DNA from: Entomortierella parvispora E1425
Taxonomy: Eukaryota; Fungi; Mortierellomycota
Assembly: GCA_020891255.1 (NCBI GenBank)
Contig: BQFW01000007.1
Coordinates: 1,364,001-1,428,000 of the forward strand
DNA: 64,000 nucleotides
Reading direction: 5' to 3'
Shown here: positions 9,373 to 20,384 of the stretch, in pieces
Layout of the letters: each line of letters begins with the position of its first letter
How positions within the stretch are numbered: the first letter of the stretch is position 1
Notes under the pieces: generated by a model
What the model was told of the DNA's origin: nothing
What the model saw: the letters and a program-made list of their open reading frames with translations, nothing else
The model's database searches: none
Translations under genes and position numbers: made by a program

Positions 9373-12300
9373 ATGGCTGCGCGTCAGGAGGACTCTATCG
9401 CGCAAGGCAGCACGCAGGATGGACAGGAGGGCGACTCTGGTTCACTGACAGGAGGGCAGATCACCGCCGAAAATGTCAAAAATTTTAAGCGCAAGGTCAT
9501 CAGCATCGCCAAGTTGAAGGAGGTCTTTGAAAAGAAGGAGCAAGGTACGAAGATCAACATTGCTACATTTAATCCGCGGATGTGCCCGTTGAAATTTATG
9601 ACTTTTGCTAACTTGATATGCCGTTGATATTCGCACTTCTAGAACTAAGTGGCGTCAAAAATGAACTGAAGGAAGAGCAGCAGAAGAACGCCGATATTCA
9701 ATCAGAATTGACACACTATTCCATTACAAAAGCCGAATTGAAGCAAACAGCGACATTGCTGGCGAAGCATATGAAGATTGCCGAGCAGCTGAAAGTGGAG
9801 GCTGAGGCTGCCAAACTCAGCCAGGGAATTCTCGCCAAGAGCCTGGAAGAGGTGACACAAAGATCCAAAGTAGCTGAGATCGCAAGGGCAAAGCTAGAGC
9901 ACAACACGGAGACATCAAAAACCGCATTGGAAAATCTCAAAGCAGAGTACAACAAACTACTCCACCGATCCAATGCTGTGTAAGAAGAGAGCTTGACTTG
10001 GTATGAACTGAAGAAAGGATTTCAGACCATTTTATATTCTAATCTTTGCTTTATCGACTTTTTAGCAAAAACGAGCTAACGGCCACCAAGGGTGACCTCA
10101 TGCGCTCCAAAGCAGAAATCGGAGAAAAACGGGCCTGGCTTGCAGAGCAAAAGGCACTATGGGAACAGGATGAGTCCAATCGTCATGCGGAGCGGACAAA
10201 GGAGCTCACAGATAAACTTAAGGAGCTCGAGCATCAATTGGAGGACACGGCAACAGAACACGAGGTAGAAATGGGGATGACCCAGGAGGATCTGCGAAAC
10301 ACCAAGCAAGAGCTCATGGATGCACAGTCCCGATTGGAAACGCTCGAGCAGACCATCTCAGACCTTCGATCTCAAAATGCAGAGCTGGAGCAGGAGCGAC
10401 ACTCAAAGGAAGATCATACGAACCCTGAAATGGATTGCTTTGAGGAGTTTGAAGAATTTGTGCCCGAAATCAGAAAACCCGCCCTACCAACGGTGACCAC
10501 TGCACCACTTCCCGATTCGATCACGGCGCCTACTGATGTCATCACACCTACGCCAGTACTTCCAGCATCGGATCTGACGCCATCCTCTCCTGCGCCCATG
10601 TCTGTGTCTACCCGTCGTTCTTCAAAGTCAAAGGATCCAGTGGTTTCTGCTATCCCAGTGGCGCGTGATGTTAACCAACTTCCTGGAAAGCAGCTGGAAG
10701 AAGCCCTGCGAACTATGGAGGATCTGAAGGCTCAATTTTCAATGCTCAGTTGGATTCATGGAACACAGACTGGAAGCCAGCGCATGGAAGCTCTTGAGAG
10801 CCAAGTGAAGATACTTCTGAAGGAAAAGCAGGCTCTTCAGGATGAGTTGACACGGGTCCTTGTTTCGCATCGCGACGACCGTCGTCGATCCGTAACATTT
10901 CATCCAGGGGTGGCCACTTCTCCTCCTACCTCGGTCGTTGCGTCAGTACCTTCACCTCAGGTGCCAACAGCGGCGGATACAGTGGCCAGTCCAACAACAC
11001 CGAAGGAAAAGAGAGGAAGAAAACGTAAAGTAGAGGAGGCAGATAGCACCACGACACAGTCAACTGGCAAGGCAGGAAACGAACGAGAACTCTTTTCACC
11101 AGAACTGGACGGTCCCAATTTCATGTCTGAAGACGAAGCAGCGACTGTACCCATTCATCCAAAGGAGAAAAAATCTCGTGCAACTAAATCCCCCGCTGTT
11201 GCAGTCGAACAGAAATCAAAACGCGGCAGAAAACCAAAGGCTGTTTCAAGCTCGAATTCTTTTGCTGACTTGGAGATTCGAAATATCTCTCTCAACCCGC
11301 TCGTTCCACTGATATCAGAGCCGATGACATGTAGGTGAATGGATACGGGTTGTTTACTGGAACACAAGATGCGTCGTAGCTTCTAACACGTAATCTTTTC
11401 TGTTTTTTTCTTTTTTTTTCTATAGACTTTTCATCCGTCATGGATTCGCCAATAGTGCACGACAGCGGGCCATTTACGAAAATGAACGTCATGGCGAAAT
11501 CACTGCCTCAACATTTAAACGCGCTATGCCAGGCTGTAGTCAGGAAGTCGATTGGGCTGGCCAAAGATGTTGCTGCCTATCGACAAAGCCGCGATATAAC
11601 GAAGGACGACACCGAGGACTGGAACTTAGACGGCTACAAGACGATGTCAATTTCCAACTCTCTAGAACCACAAGAAATCAACATTGTTCAGCTTGTTTGC
11701 TTGCTTGGATCGGCCTCTCCAACTGTAAGTACTGATGATGCCCGCTTTCGGTTGAATTTTTACCAATACTTAAACCCGATGTAACCTCCCACATAGATCA
11801 ACGTTCCTAAGAAAGTCGTAGCCTTTCTTTATGACAGTATCTTGCAGAAAGCAGCCTCTGGAGAAAGTCTCGAGGGCATCTGGTAAGTCGTATTTGTTGC
11901 TCACTGTTTGAATGCAATGCGGAGTGTCATTCTAACCTTGAAACGAATACTCTACTAGTGTTCTTGTTCGAGTTTTGGTCGGGATCTGTAGAACTGAAGG
12001 AGATATACGCCTGGCCCGCGTGTTGTCGTATGATCTTCTAAGGGAGCTTGATCGACCAAAGCACTCTCTCATCCTAAGCGAAGCTATTGCTAGCATATGG
12101 CCCGACGTTTTCAAAGTCGCCGAATATGTGGAAAAGGATGGTAAGTGCCCATTGCATTTAAATGCTCGTGGTAGGTCTTTTTCACGACGTTTTGCTGACT
12201 TTGCACGTCCTACATTAGATCCCAGTCAATTTTTATTGAAGGCAATGCAAGGATCGCTTGGGACACTGCAAGAGATGTTCAAGAATGAAGAGGTAAAAGC

Positions 12301-12925
12301 AATTTGCATGTATGTATTGCTGAAATGGGGTGAACTGTTGACTAACTTTCTGACACTCATTCCATAGATCTCGTTCGGATTTAATACGTTCACCAAAAAG
12401 TGTGGATGGCCAGCTTTAGAAGACGCTCCTTTCTTGGATGAGCTTGCTAAAGAGGTCATGGACATTGTGCGCTCTCCTCAGTTTGTTGAAAAGTGCAGTA
12501 CCGAGCCCGGCTTCGAGTTTACGATACGCAAAACTCTGGAGCTGGTGTTTATTCAGGGATACGAGTGGATCGAAGTGTTCACTGACTTTATAAAGCCGGA
12601 GTTCCTTGCGATGGTCTTGGACCCAAGTCGCCATACGTTTGCGATCCCACTCATCGCATCTGTAACTCGTGAAGCGCGATTTGGATCCTCAAGCACTTCC
12701 GGGTCCTCTACCAAAGATGATAACCCCGTTCGCCAAGTGTTTGAGGCCATCCTTGCCTCAGAGGCCACAGTGCAACATCAAGTTGTGTCAGCTCTGGCCC
12801 TTGTCAGTATGAGCAACGGCCAAGTCGACCGCCTTGAGAAGACGAAACTGTGGTTCCAGAACCTGGATCAGGGTGGCAAGATAACCCTGCCAGAACCAGT
12901 GCGCACTCTGCTGGAAGCAGCGTGA
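9373..12925 (+). CDS. Multi-exon nuclear protein: N-terminal coiled coil, disordered middle with AT-hook-like/NLS motifs, C-terminal helical domain resembling ICE1 (little elongation complex subunit 1)
   Basis: Introns 9545-9642 and 9980-10065 plus several more between 11330 and 12370 join the ORFs; heptad-rich 9643-10400; C-terminal RVLVGICRTEGDIRLARVLSYDLLRE...IASIWPDVF and HQVVSALALVSMS...KLWF...LPEPVRTLL. ICE1 similarity is from memory of the human protein. Confidence 0.7.
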
Positions 12926-12985
12926 GAATAGCGTCTTCCTGCGCACATGTACAATATCAAAATAATACAACTGAGTGGAGTCAGA

Positions 12986-13020
12986 GCGCGCGCAGTGCAC
13001 GCGTGCAACGCGCGTGCGAA
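12986..13020. promoter_or_regulatory. Cluster of MCB/E2F-like CGCG elements upstream of the MBF-type gene
   Basis: GCGCGCGC, palindrome TGCACGCGTGCA (12996-13007, MCB core ACGCGT at 12999-13004) and ACGCGCGT, about 280-310 bp upstream of ATG 13299. Confidence 0.5.
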
Positions 13021-13298
13021 ACATTTTCGTTAATTTGTGACCTCTTTTTTTTTTTTTTTTTTTTTTTCTTCTGTCTCGTGCTGGGTTGGACACACGGCCA
13101 GCCGCATTGCCCAATGCCCGCTCCGCTCTTCCATTGCTTCTTTCCTCTCTTGCTCAATCATCCAGCCTGCCATTCCCTTGTCACCCATCGTTAATCGTCA
13201 TCCATCCGTCGCCTCCCTCTACATCACATCGTATACTCAATCGTCGACCAGCCTTATCTCATCATAATCAAATACATCATCCTCTTTACCGCTTCATC

Positions 13299-15879
13299 AT
13301 GGCAGACAGCAGTGCCAGCAACATTTACACCGCAGTCTATTCCGGCGTGTCTGTGTATGAGCTCATGTGCCGCGGCATCGCTGTCATGCGCCGCCGGACA
13401 GACTCGTACTTGAACGCAACACAAATCCTAAAGGTCGCTGGAATAGAAAAGGGCAAGCGGACAAAGATCCTGGAGCGTGAAGTGCTGCCAGGCGAGCACG
13501 AGAAGGTCCAGGGTGGATACGGCAAGTATCAAGGCACTTGGTAAGCGACGCGTTCTGTCACCCTCAATCCTCTTTTCTTCTTTTCAGTCACTGCCCATCA
13601 TCTATTCATCTTCTCCTTTTGCCACTCAGTTGATCATCCCTTTTTTGGGCTTTGCATCCCCGTCCGATCCGATATTGACTTTGATGCGCCCATGTGCGTC
13701 CTTGCTTTCTATTGCGCCTTTTATTGCCTATGTGTTTCTTCAGGGTGCCCTTCCAGCGTGGCAAGGATCTGGCCAAGCAGTACAAAGTCGAGCCTTACTT
13801 GCGCACTCTCTTCAACTATGAGATTCCAAAGGGCGAGAACGATACAACAACACCTACGAAGGAGATGGTCCAAGCCGCACAAAAGGCAAGAGATGGACCC
13901 AAGATCAAGAAAGCATCCGCCTCCCCTAGAGTCAGTCCTGGACTCAAACGCGAGCGGCACTCGTCAAACAAACCCAGCGGAGCGCAATTCCATACGTCCT
14001 CAATGACACCTTCTCCCCTCCACCCATCCTTCTCCACCTCTTCACCCTCTATCCCCGCCTCACCACAATGGCCACAAGATCAGCCTCCTAGGAAGCGATT
14101 CCGAGCTCAGAACTCCCCCCCACCAATGCATCAGTTTGAGGATGAGAGAGAAGTCCTCCAGCAACTGGAACAACATGTCGCACACCCCTCACATCACTAC
14201 CACCATCATTCTCAACATGGCGATCCATACGCTGACCACCATGGTGGTCACTACGGAGGTTACGAGCCATACCACGAAGAACCGCAGTTACATGGGGAGG
14301 AAAAGTACAGAGCCATCTTGATGAGTATATTTCTAAGCGACGACCAGGATATGATTCCAGATCTCTTGACAGATCCATCGACACCTTCGGATCTGGACAT
14401 CAACTTGGTTATCGACGATCAAGGACACACGGCGTTGCATTGGGCTGCTGCGCTCGCCAAGACGACCGTTCTTGATTTGCTGGTTCAAAAATATGCAGAC
14501 ATTCGACGTGTCAACTACAACGGAGAGTCGGCCTTGATTCGGGCAGTCTTGGTAACCAACAATTTCGACAATCAGTCCTTCCCACGTCTGTTGGATATCC
14601 TCCACACGGCCATTCCTTTGGTAGATCGCAAGAACAGGACACTACTTCACCATATTGCTATTACAGCGGGAATGCGAGGCCGGGAAATGAGTGCCAGATA
14701 CTACATGGAGTGTCTGCTCGATTGGATTGCTCGTCATGGTGGAGACTTTTCATCTATTGTGGATGTCCAAGACCGGAACGGCGACACGGCTCTGACGATA
14801 GCGGCTCGTGTGGGCGATCGGTATTTGGCAAAAGCCTTGTTGGATGTGGGCGCAAATCGTGAGATTGAGAACAAAGTTGGCTTGAAAGCAGAAGACTTTG
14901 GCATGAGTGACATCAAGGTAAGGTGATTTCTCGTTTTCTTTTCATTTTGATAAAAATGGATTGTCATTAACGCTTTGTTTATTATTTCAGCCAACTGGTT
15001 CTACCAATCAAGCGGCAACACCTCGGCCTTCTTCATTTGTCTCGAGTGCAGATGCGATCCCAGTGTCAGCGGGCGGGCGTGGAAAAGAACTATTGTCAGG
15101 TAAATATTGGTCTATGTAATACAGATAGAGATGGAGCGCTGGTAAAGAAAGCTTTGTACTCACTCTACTGTTTTCGTGTGGAATGGAATCCTCTATTAGT
15201 TGTACAAAAAATGGTGGATGAACTCGATATGGAATTTTCCCGTGAGATGTTGGCTCGTCAAGGACAATTGCAGGATACTCAGGCAGTTCTTCGCCGGGCC
15301 ACTGCAGACTTGGCAGAGTCCCGTCGGACTCTTAAGCAATGTCGCGCCCAAGCTCTTCAGCTGACAGAAGCGCAACAAAAGGTCAAGAACCTGGAGCAAT
15401 CACTAGAAGAAGAAACGAAAAAGGCCAAGAGTCAAAAGGGCTACTCAAGTGCTGTACGTCCCAAGGAGGGCGAAGTTGAGGACATTGACCATCTATTCAA
15501 CGTGGCGGATATCTCTCCAGATCAGTTGGATCCGTCCATGACTACGGAGGCGCGGGCACAGCAGCAGGTAGTGTTGCTGAAGGCACGCGTTCGGGCCTAT
15601 GAACAAAATTCAAAGGAGCTAGCACAAGAGCTGGTTGATATCCAAGATCGATCGTTAGACAAGGAACTACAGTGCCGCAAGGTGATTTCGATCTGTTGCA
15701 ACATCCCTCTCGAGAAGGTGGACGAGATGCTTGTGCCTTTGACGTTGGCAGTTGAGAGCGACGGGGCTAGCTTGGATCTATCGCGGGTAGCAGGATTTAT
15801 GAGCAAAGTCAAGCAGCAGGACGGCGTGGCTTTGGCAATGGACTCTCTCGGTATGGATGTCGAGAATGGAAGACAATGA
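13299..15879 (+). CDS. MBP1: MBF/SBF-family G1/S transcription factor (KilA-N/APSES + ankyrin repeats + coiled coil; Mbp1/Swi4/Res1-like); exons 13299-13540, 13744-14917, 14991-15099, 15200-15879
   Basis: [47 protein letters not shown]|WVP; ankyrins [38 protein letters not shown]. Exact orthology among Mbp1/Swi4/Res is not resolvable by eye. Confidence 0.93.
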
Positions 15880-16224
15880 TGACTTAATACAATACTCTAT
15901 ACAACTAATATACAAAAAAAAACATCCACGCCCATTGATTTCATGAACGATGCACTTCCATGCGATGGACCCTTAAGTCAACCCAAAGTTCCTTTTTTTT
16001 TTTTTTTTTTCCTCTGCTCTGTACCATCGACTCCGACAACCCCTTCTTCCATCCTCTCCCTCGCCCTCTGTTCATCTGGAGAAGCTTGCCTACCTGCATC
16101 TTCTGTTTGCTTGCCTTCCTCCAGTCTCCATCATCATCAGAATCCTACCCGGCTCGCATCTACCTATTTCTTCAACCTATAGCCTTATAACCGCCATTCT
16201 TTGTGACTGAAAGAAGACGCAGCG

Positions 16225-18012
16225 ATGCCCAACATCTACTATAAAGGCCAGTTTAGGCCTCCGCCACCGGCCTACCATCGAGGAAGTCTACTCCAGACTC
16301 TCAAGCGCATCTTGCTCACAAGGAGGAGTGTATGTGCCCTTCCATGCTCTGTTTAATGCTGCCGCTGGATGTCATTGTTCTCGGCGGCATCACTGGACCA
16401 AAAAAAAAAAAAAAAAAAAAAATCTTGCGGATACCGAGCTCTCTCCTTTTTGTGCTGACGAAGAGTCCAACGGTTTCCTTGTATGTTTCTTTAGATTACC
16501 TACATGCTCGGAGGACTGCTGTTCGCTTGGTTTTATATCCTGGTCAAGATCTCCTTTTTAACTCATTCTCCCTATGGTATGTTCTGTTCATCTTGTGCAA
16601 ACAACGCAAAGGCCCTTCCAGAATACCGTGCGTGCAGTGCGTGCGTGCGAGTATATATATTATATGACCTAATCAAATCTCGTTGATACATTTTCCTCCC
16701 TACCGCCACCATTAACAACTTATTCATAGATCTCGACTGGGATCTTGAGAGGCGCCTGGCTGGATCTAGATCTGTGATCAAATCGTCTCGCAAAGTGGAC
16801 AAGAACCCAACTCGATACCAACCCATTGTCAGACAGCCACTCCCTCTCCAGCCGACCGAAGCCATCTGGCCTCCCAACATTGATATCCCTCTCTGCAAAC
16901 CCAAGATCTATGTCTATCCCGATCCACCAGCCATTCTGAAAGTTTACGAGACTGTCCCGCCCATGAATACGCCGTACATCTCTGAACGGATTTTGTTGGA
17001 GCAACTGCGAGACCCTACTTCGAGTGCCTACAAGAACTATGTGACCCTGAACCCCGAGGAGGCCGATTGGTTCTACATTCCGTTTTTGGGCGCTCGTTAT
17101 CTGAACCACTGCTGGTTCATCTTGCACGAGAAAGGCGACTGTGATGTGGACGAAAAATATGTCGCACCATGGATGAAATACGTTCAGGAAGAATTGCCTT
17201 ACTGGAAGCGAAGCAACGGCGAGGATCACTTGATGGTCCACCCAATGGATCGCACTTCACGCTACTATGAAACCAGGGAAAAGATGGAGAACGCCACTTT
17301 CTTGACGACCATTGGCGACTTGAGGCCTGTAGGGGCTGCGGTTGTGGGCGCGAGACGATACAAGAACATCCCCATTCCCTCTGCAACGGCGCTGTTAGAT
17401 CTGGTCAAGGCTGATCCATCGAAATATCTGACCTCAGATGGCTACCCCAGGAACAAGCGTCGTGATATCTTTTTGCTGTTTGGAGGACGCTACAGCGATG
17501 TCGAGGCCACAGATGTCTATTCGGCAGGAGTCCGCTCGTTGCTTTTAAATGGATTTGACAAGCAGAAGGACTATGTGATCTCGCCTGGTTGGGAGTCGGA
17601 CAAATATATGAAACTCCTCTCGAGATCGCGCTTCGGATTGGCGCCTCTAGGTCACACTCTGGACACCACCCGTATCTGGGAATACATCGCCTTTGGAGTC
17701 GTCCCTGTCATCATTGCGGACGGAATCTTGGAGCCTTATGAGGACGATGTGGACTGGAACAGCTTCAGTATCCGGATTCCTCGCAAGGATGCCCATCGCA
17801 TGGATGTGATTCTGAGAGCCATTCCCGAGGATGAGTACCAGCGTTTGAGGGAAAGAGTTTGGAACTACGGACGGAGGGTATTGTTGACAAGGGATTCTTG
17901 GCATTTGATTGTAAGGGACCTTTGCCGGAGGAACCATATGGAGGGCATGCGGACGATCGACCGCAATCATCGGGTACCACTGGAGGCTCCCTTTAATTCT
18001 CTCAAGGTGTAA
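16225..18012 (+). CDS. Exostosin-like glycosyltransferase (GT47), type II membrane protein; exons 16225-16329, 16495-16576, 16730-18012
   Basis: Exon 2 encodes a TM helix (ITYMLGGLLFAWFYILVKISFL); KIYVY, TLNPEEADWFYIPF, PYWKRSNGEDHLMV, SRFGLAPLG, TRIWEYIAFGVVPVIIAD, LEPYEDDVDWNSFSIRI are GT47 hallmarks. Confidence 0.88.
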
Positions 18013-18266
18013 CTTAGAGAATCTCATGGAATTTATATACAAAAATCGCAATAATAATAGAATCAAGCAGAAAAACTCATCGTGCAAAGGCAATGCAACG
18101 TCTCCCGAGTAGATTTTGACGAATGTTGGTAGACATCAGCTTCAGAAACGAGCCATTCGGCCCACACTTTTCTTTCAGTTGTCAAGTCATCACAGGTGAA
18201 TCGAACAATGTGTTTTTTGCCTTTCAGAAGAAAGAAGGCATTGTTATTGTACACAGTCAGGGCAAA

Positions 18267-19061
18267 CTACTTTGGATCTCTTCTCATGTAGGGCCAGAAG
18301 TATGTACCCCACTCTTTCTCCGATCCATCTTCTTGCTTCCACTTGATCCCCTGGGCATAGTCATCGAGTCTGAGCTCTAATCGTCCGACCTCCACATACC
18401 CGGCCTTGGCGTAGGCACCCTTGGCCCCCATGGACGAGCTGACCCAGCTATAAACTTGATCCTGATCTGCATGATCTGTGACCCATTTCATCAAAGCCGA
18501 TCCGACTCCTTGACCCTGATAACTTGGTGCCACTGAGCATCCGTAGATGACTCGACATTGCGCTCCGCGCGGCATCAAGAGTCCACAGTAATGGGACATG
18601 GCCCCGCTGGTGGTCTCCTCCAGCTCCTTGACCGTCAACACCTGTCCTTCTGATGCTTGAATAGGTGCTGGGGGTGATGGCAACAAGTCGTTTTCGGTCC
18701 TCTTGGTCAATGCATCACGGGCGGCGATGCGGGCGGCTTCTACTTCAGGATCTGGGTTGGGGTATTCATGTCTGACAGCCATGATAAAGCCAATGACTTC
18801 ACCCTCTCCCTCGAGTCCCTTGCGAGCTACAAGGATATCGAAGCGGGGGTTGGATAAGGCAGAGACGAAACGCTCTTTGGAACCTTCGCGGTGGAAATCC
18901 TTGCCCTTCCAGATGGCCTTCAACAACGTGTGCGAGTCATCCAGGAAGGAGTCTCCCGAGATATCTGCGATTGCATCGGCGTCAGCGACTGTAGCTGGGA
19001 CAACCTTGAAAGCAGTCTTAGTCTGTGGAGGTGATCTTGATGGTGTCTCTGTCATGGTCAT
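18267..19061 (-). CDS. GNAT-family N-acetyltransferase, intronless
   Basis: Acetyl-CoA motif A VAPSYQGQGVGSALM and motif B SSMGAKGAYAKAGY; N-terminal VVPATVADADAIADI. Confidence 0.88.
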   Translation of the reverse strand: MTMTETPSRSPPQTKTAFKVVPATVADADAIADISGDSFLDDSHTLLKAIWKGKDFHREGSKERFVSALSNPRFDILVARKGLEGEGEVIGFIMAVRHEYPNPDPEVEAARIAARDALTKRTENDLLPSPPAPIQASEGQVLTVKELEETTSGAMSHYCGLLMPRGAQCRVIYGCSVAPSYQGQGVGSALMKWVTDHADQDQVYSWVSSSMGAKGAYAKAGYVEVGRLELRLDDYAQGIKWKQEDGSEKEWGTYFWPYMRRDPK

Positions 19062-19874
19062 GTTTGCGGTGTTGTTGGGGATGGGGGATGGTGAAAGTGG
19101 TTGGTTGCAAGAGAAGAAGAAGGAAAGAAAAGAAAAACCCCCCTCTTTTTACCCCAGCCCGCCCCTTCACATCATGGACCGGCTAAACGATGAAGGCATC
19201 ACAAATTGAAGCAAAAGAAAGAGATTTGGACAATCCGTCCCCTTGGATCCATTGGAGCTTGTTCTTGCTCGATCGTCCCTGCAGGGCTCACAGGCACACC
19301 GATGCCGTCCTTGGATCGTCATGGTCGCTGTCTCTTGCTCCACCCAGCACCTAGATCTATCCCGATCGACTGCTGTCGTCTACGTGCTTGTGCTCACTAA
19401 CTACGCTCCATAGAGCTACTCCATGACATCTCTCCCCTCACATGTCAATGAACCAATGCACTTGACTCATTCCCCTTGCAACAGTACCACATTGCCCCTT
19501 GTTCATGCAACCTCTTGCCCACACCAGCTTTTCTGATTTCTGAAAAGACAGCCTGTTTTCACATATACAAAAATTGCCGCAGCTACTTCTTGAGCACGAT
19601 TTTTGTGCTTTTGCCATCTATGACGCCCAGAGTTTGTACCATTGCCAGTCAGGTTTTCCATCTAGTATAACTGAACGGCTAAAGCAACTGCAGCCCGAGG
19701 CACTCAAGTCAACTCTGTTCAACTTACCCATCAATTCTAGCAACTAAACGTACAGCGCCTGCGCCAGCTGCCACATGTGGTATTATGTTCAATAAAGACG
19801 GCAACTTGTTTCCTTTCAAAACTCGCCCATCTGCAAGTGTCTGAATTGCTCAAAGATTTTATATTTCTAAAAGA

Positions 19875-20384
19875 CTAGAGTTTGCAGACCTGCTCGCCAT
19901 TAGATCCCATGGCAAGCCGATCGTTACAGCTCCCGACCAACTGCCAATAGTAATCTTCACACCACCCAGGCAGATCAGCGTCAAAGCACTGAAAGACTCT
20001 CGAAGTCCAAAGTCTACAACAGGGTGGGACACTCTGATGACAATGACGTACGCCCGGTTGAGAGTCTGTTGTAAAGGTCGCCCCATCGGGCCGTGTCACA
20101 CGAACGCTAGAAGCAGAAAGGCCGGTGCAGCCCATATCTTCGCCGCAATCAAGGCGAACGGTCCATCCGTTGTTTTTCAAGGTCACTTGGAACGCAAAGA
20201 CCGTCGTCCTGTATTGGGCTGCCTCCGCTCCACTTGAATCCCAAACATGAAATGCAGAGATGGAGGTCCCGTCATATGACTGTTGGACAGGTGTGCCCGC
20301 GGCACACACGGCAAAAGCTGCTTCACAACTTTTTAAAAACATTTGAAGTACCAAGAGAAGAAGGGCTGCTCGTAAGAACGACAT
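19875..20384 (-). CDS. Small secreted cysteine-rich protein (orphan); possible in-frame 63-nt intron at 20051-19989
   Basis: Signal-peptide-like MSFLRAALLLLVLQMFLKSCEA; 7 mature Cys if spliced, 10 if not; no known domain recognised. Confidence 0.6.
   Translation of the reverse strand: MSFLRAALLLLVLQMFLKSCEAAFAVCAAGTPVQQSYDGTSISAFHVWDSSGAEAAQYRTTVFAFQVTLKNNGWTVRLDCGEDMGCTGLSASSVRVTRPDGATFTTDSQPGVRHCHQSVPPCCRLWTSRVFQCFDADLPGWCEDYYWQLVGSCNDRLAMGSNGEQVCKL

Noticed and set aside
16720-17241. 173-aa minus-strand ORF
   Set aside because: Antisense shadow of the GT47 exon
20014-20051. 38-nt intron in the secreted-protein gene
   Set aside because: Much shorter than the other introns here and would shift the frame off the Cys-rich C-terminus
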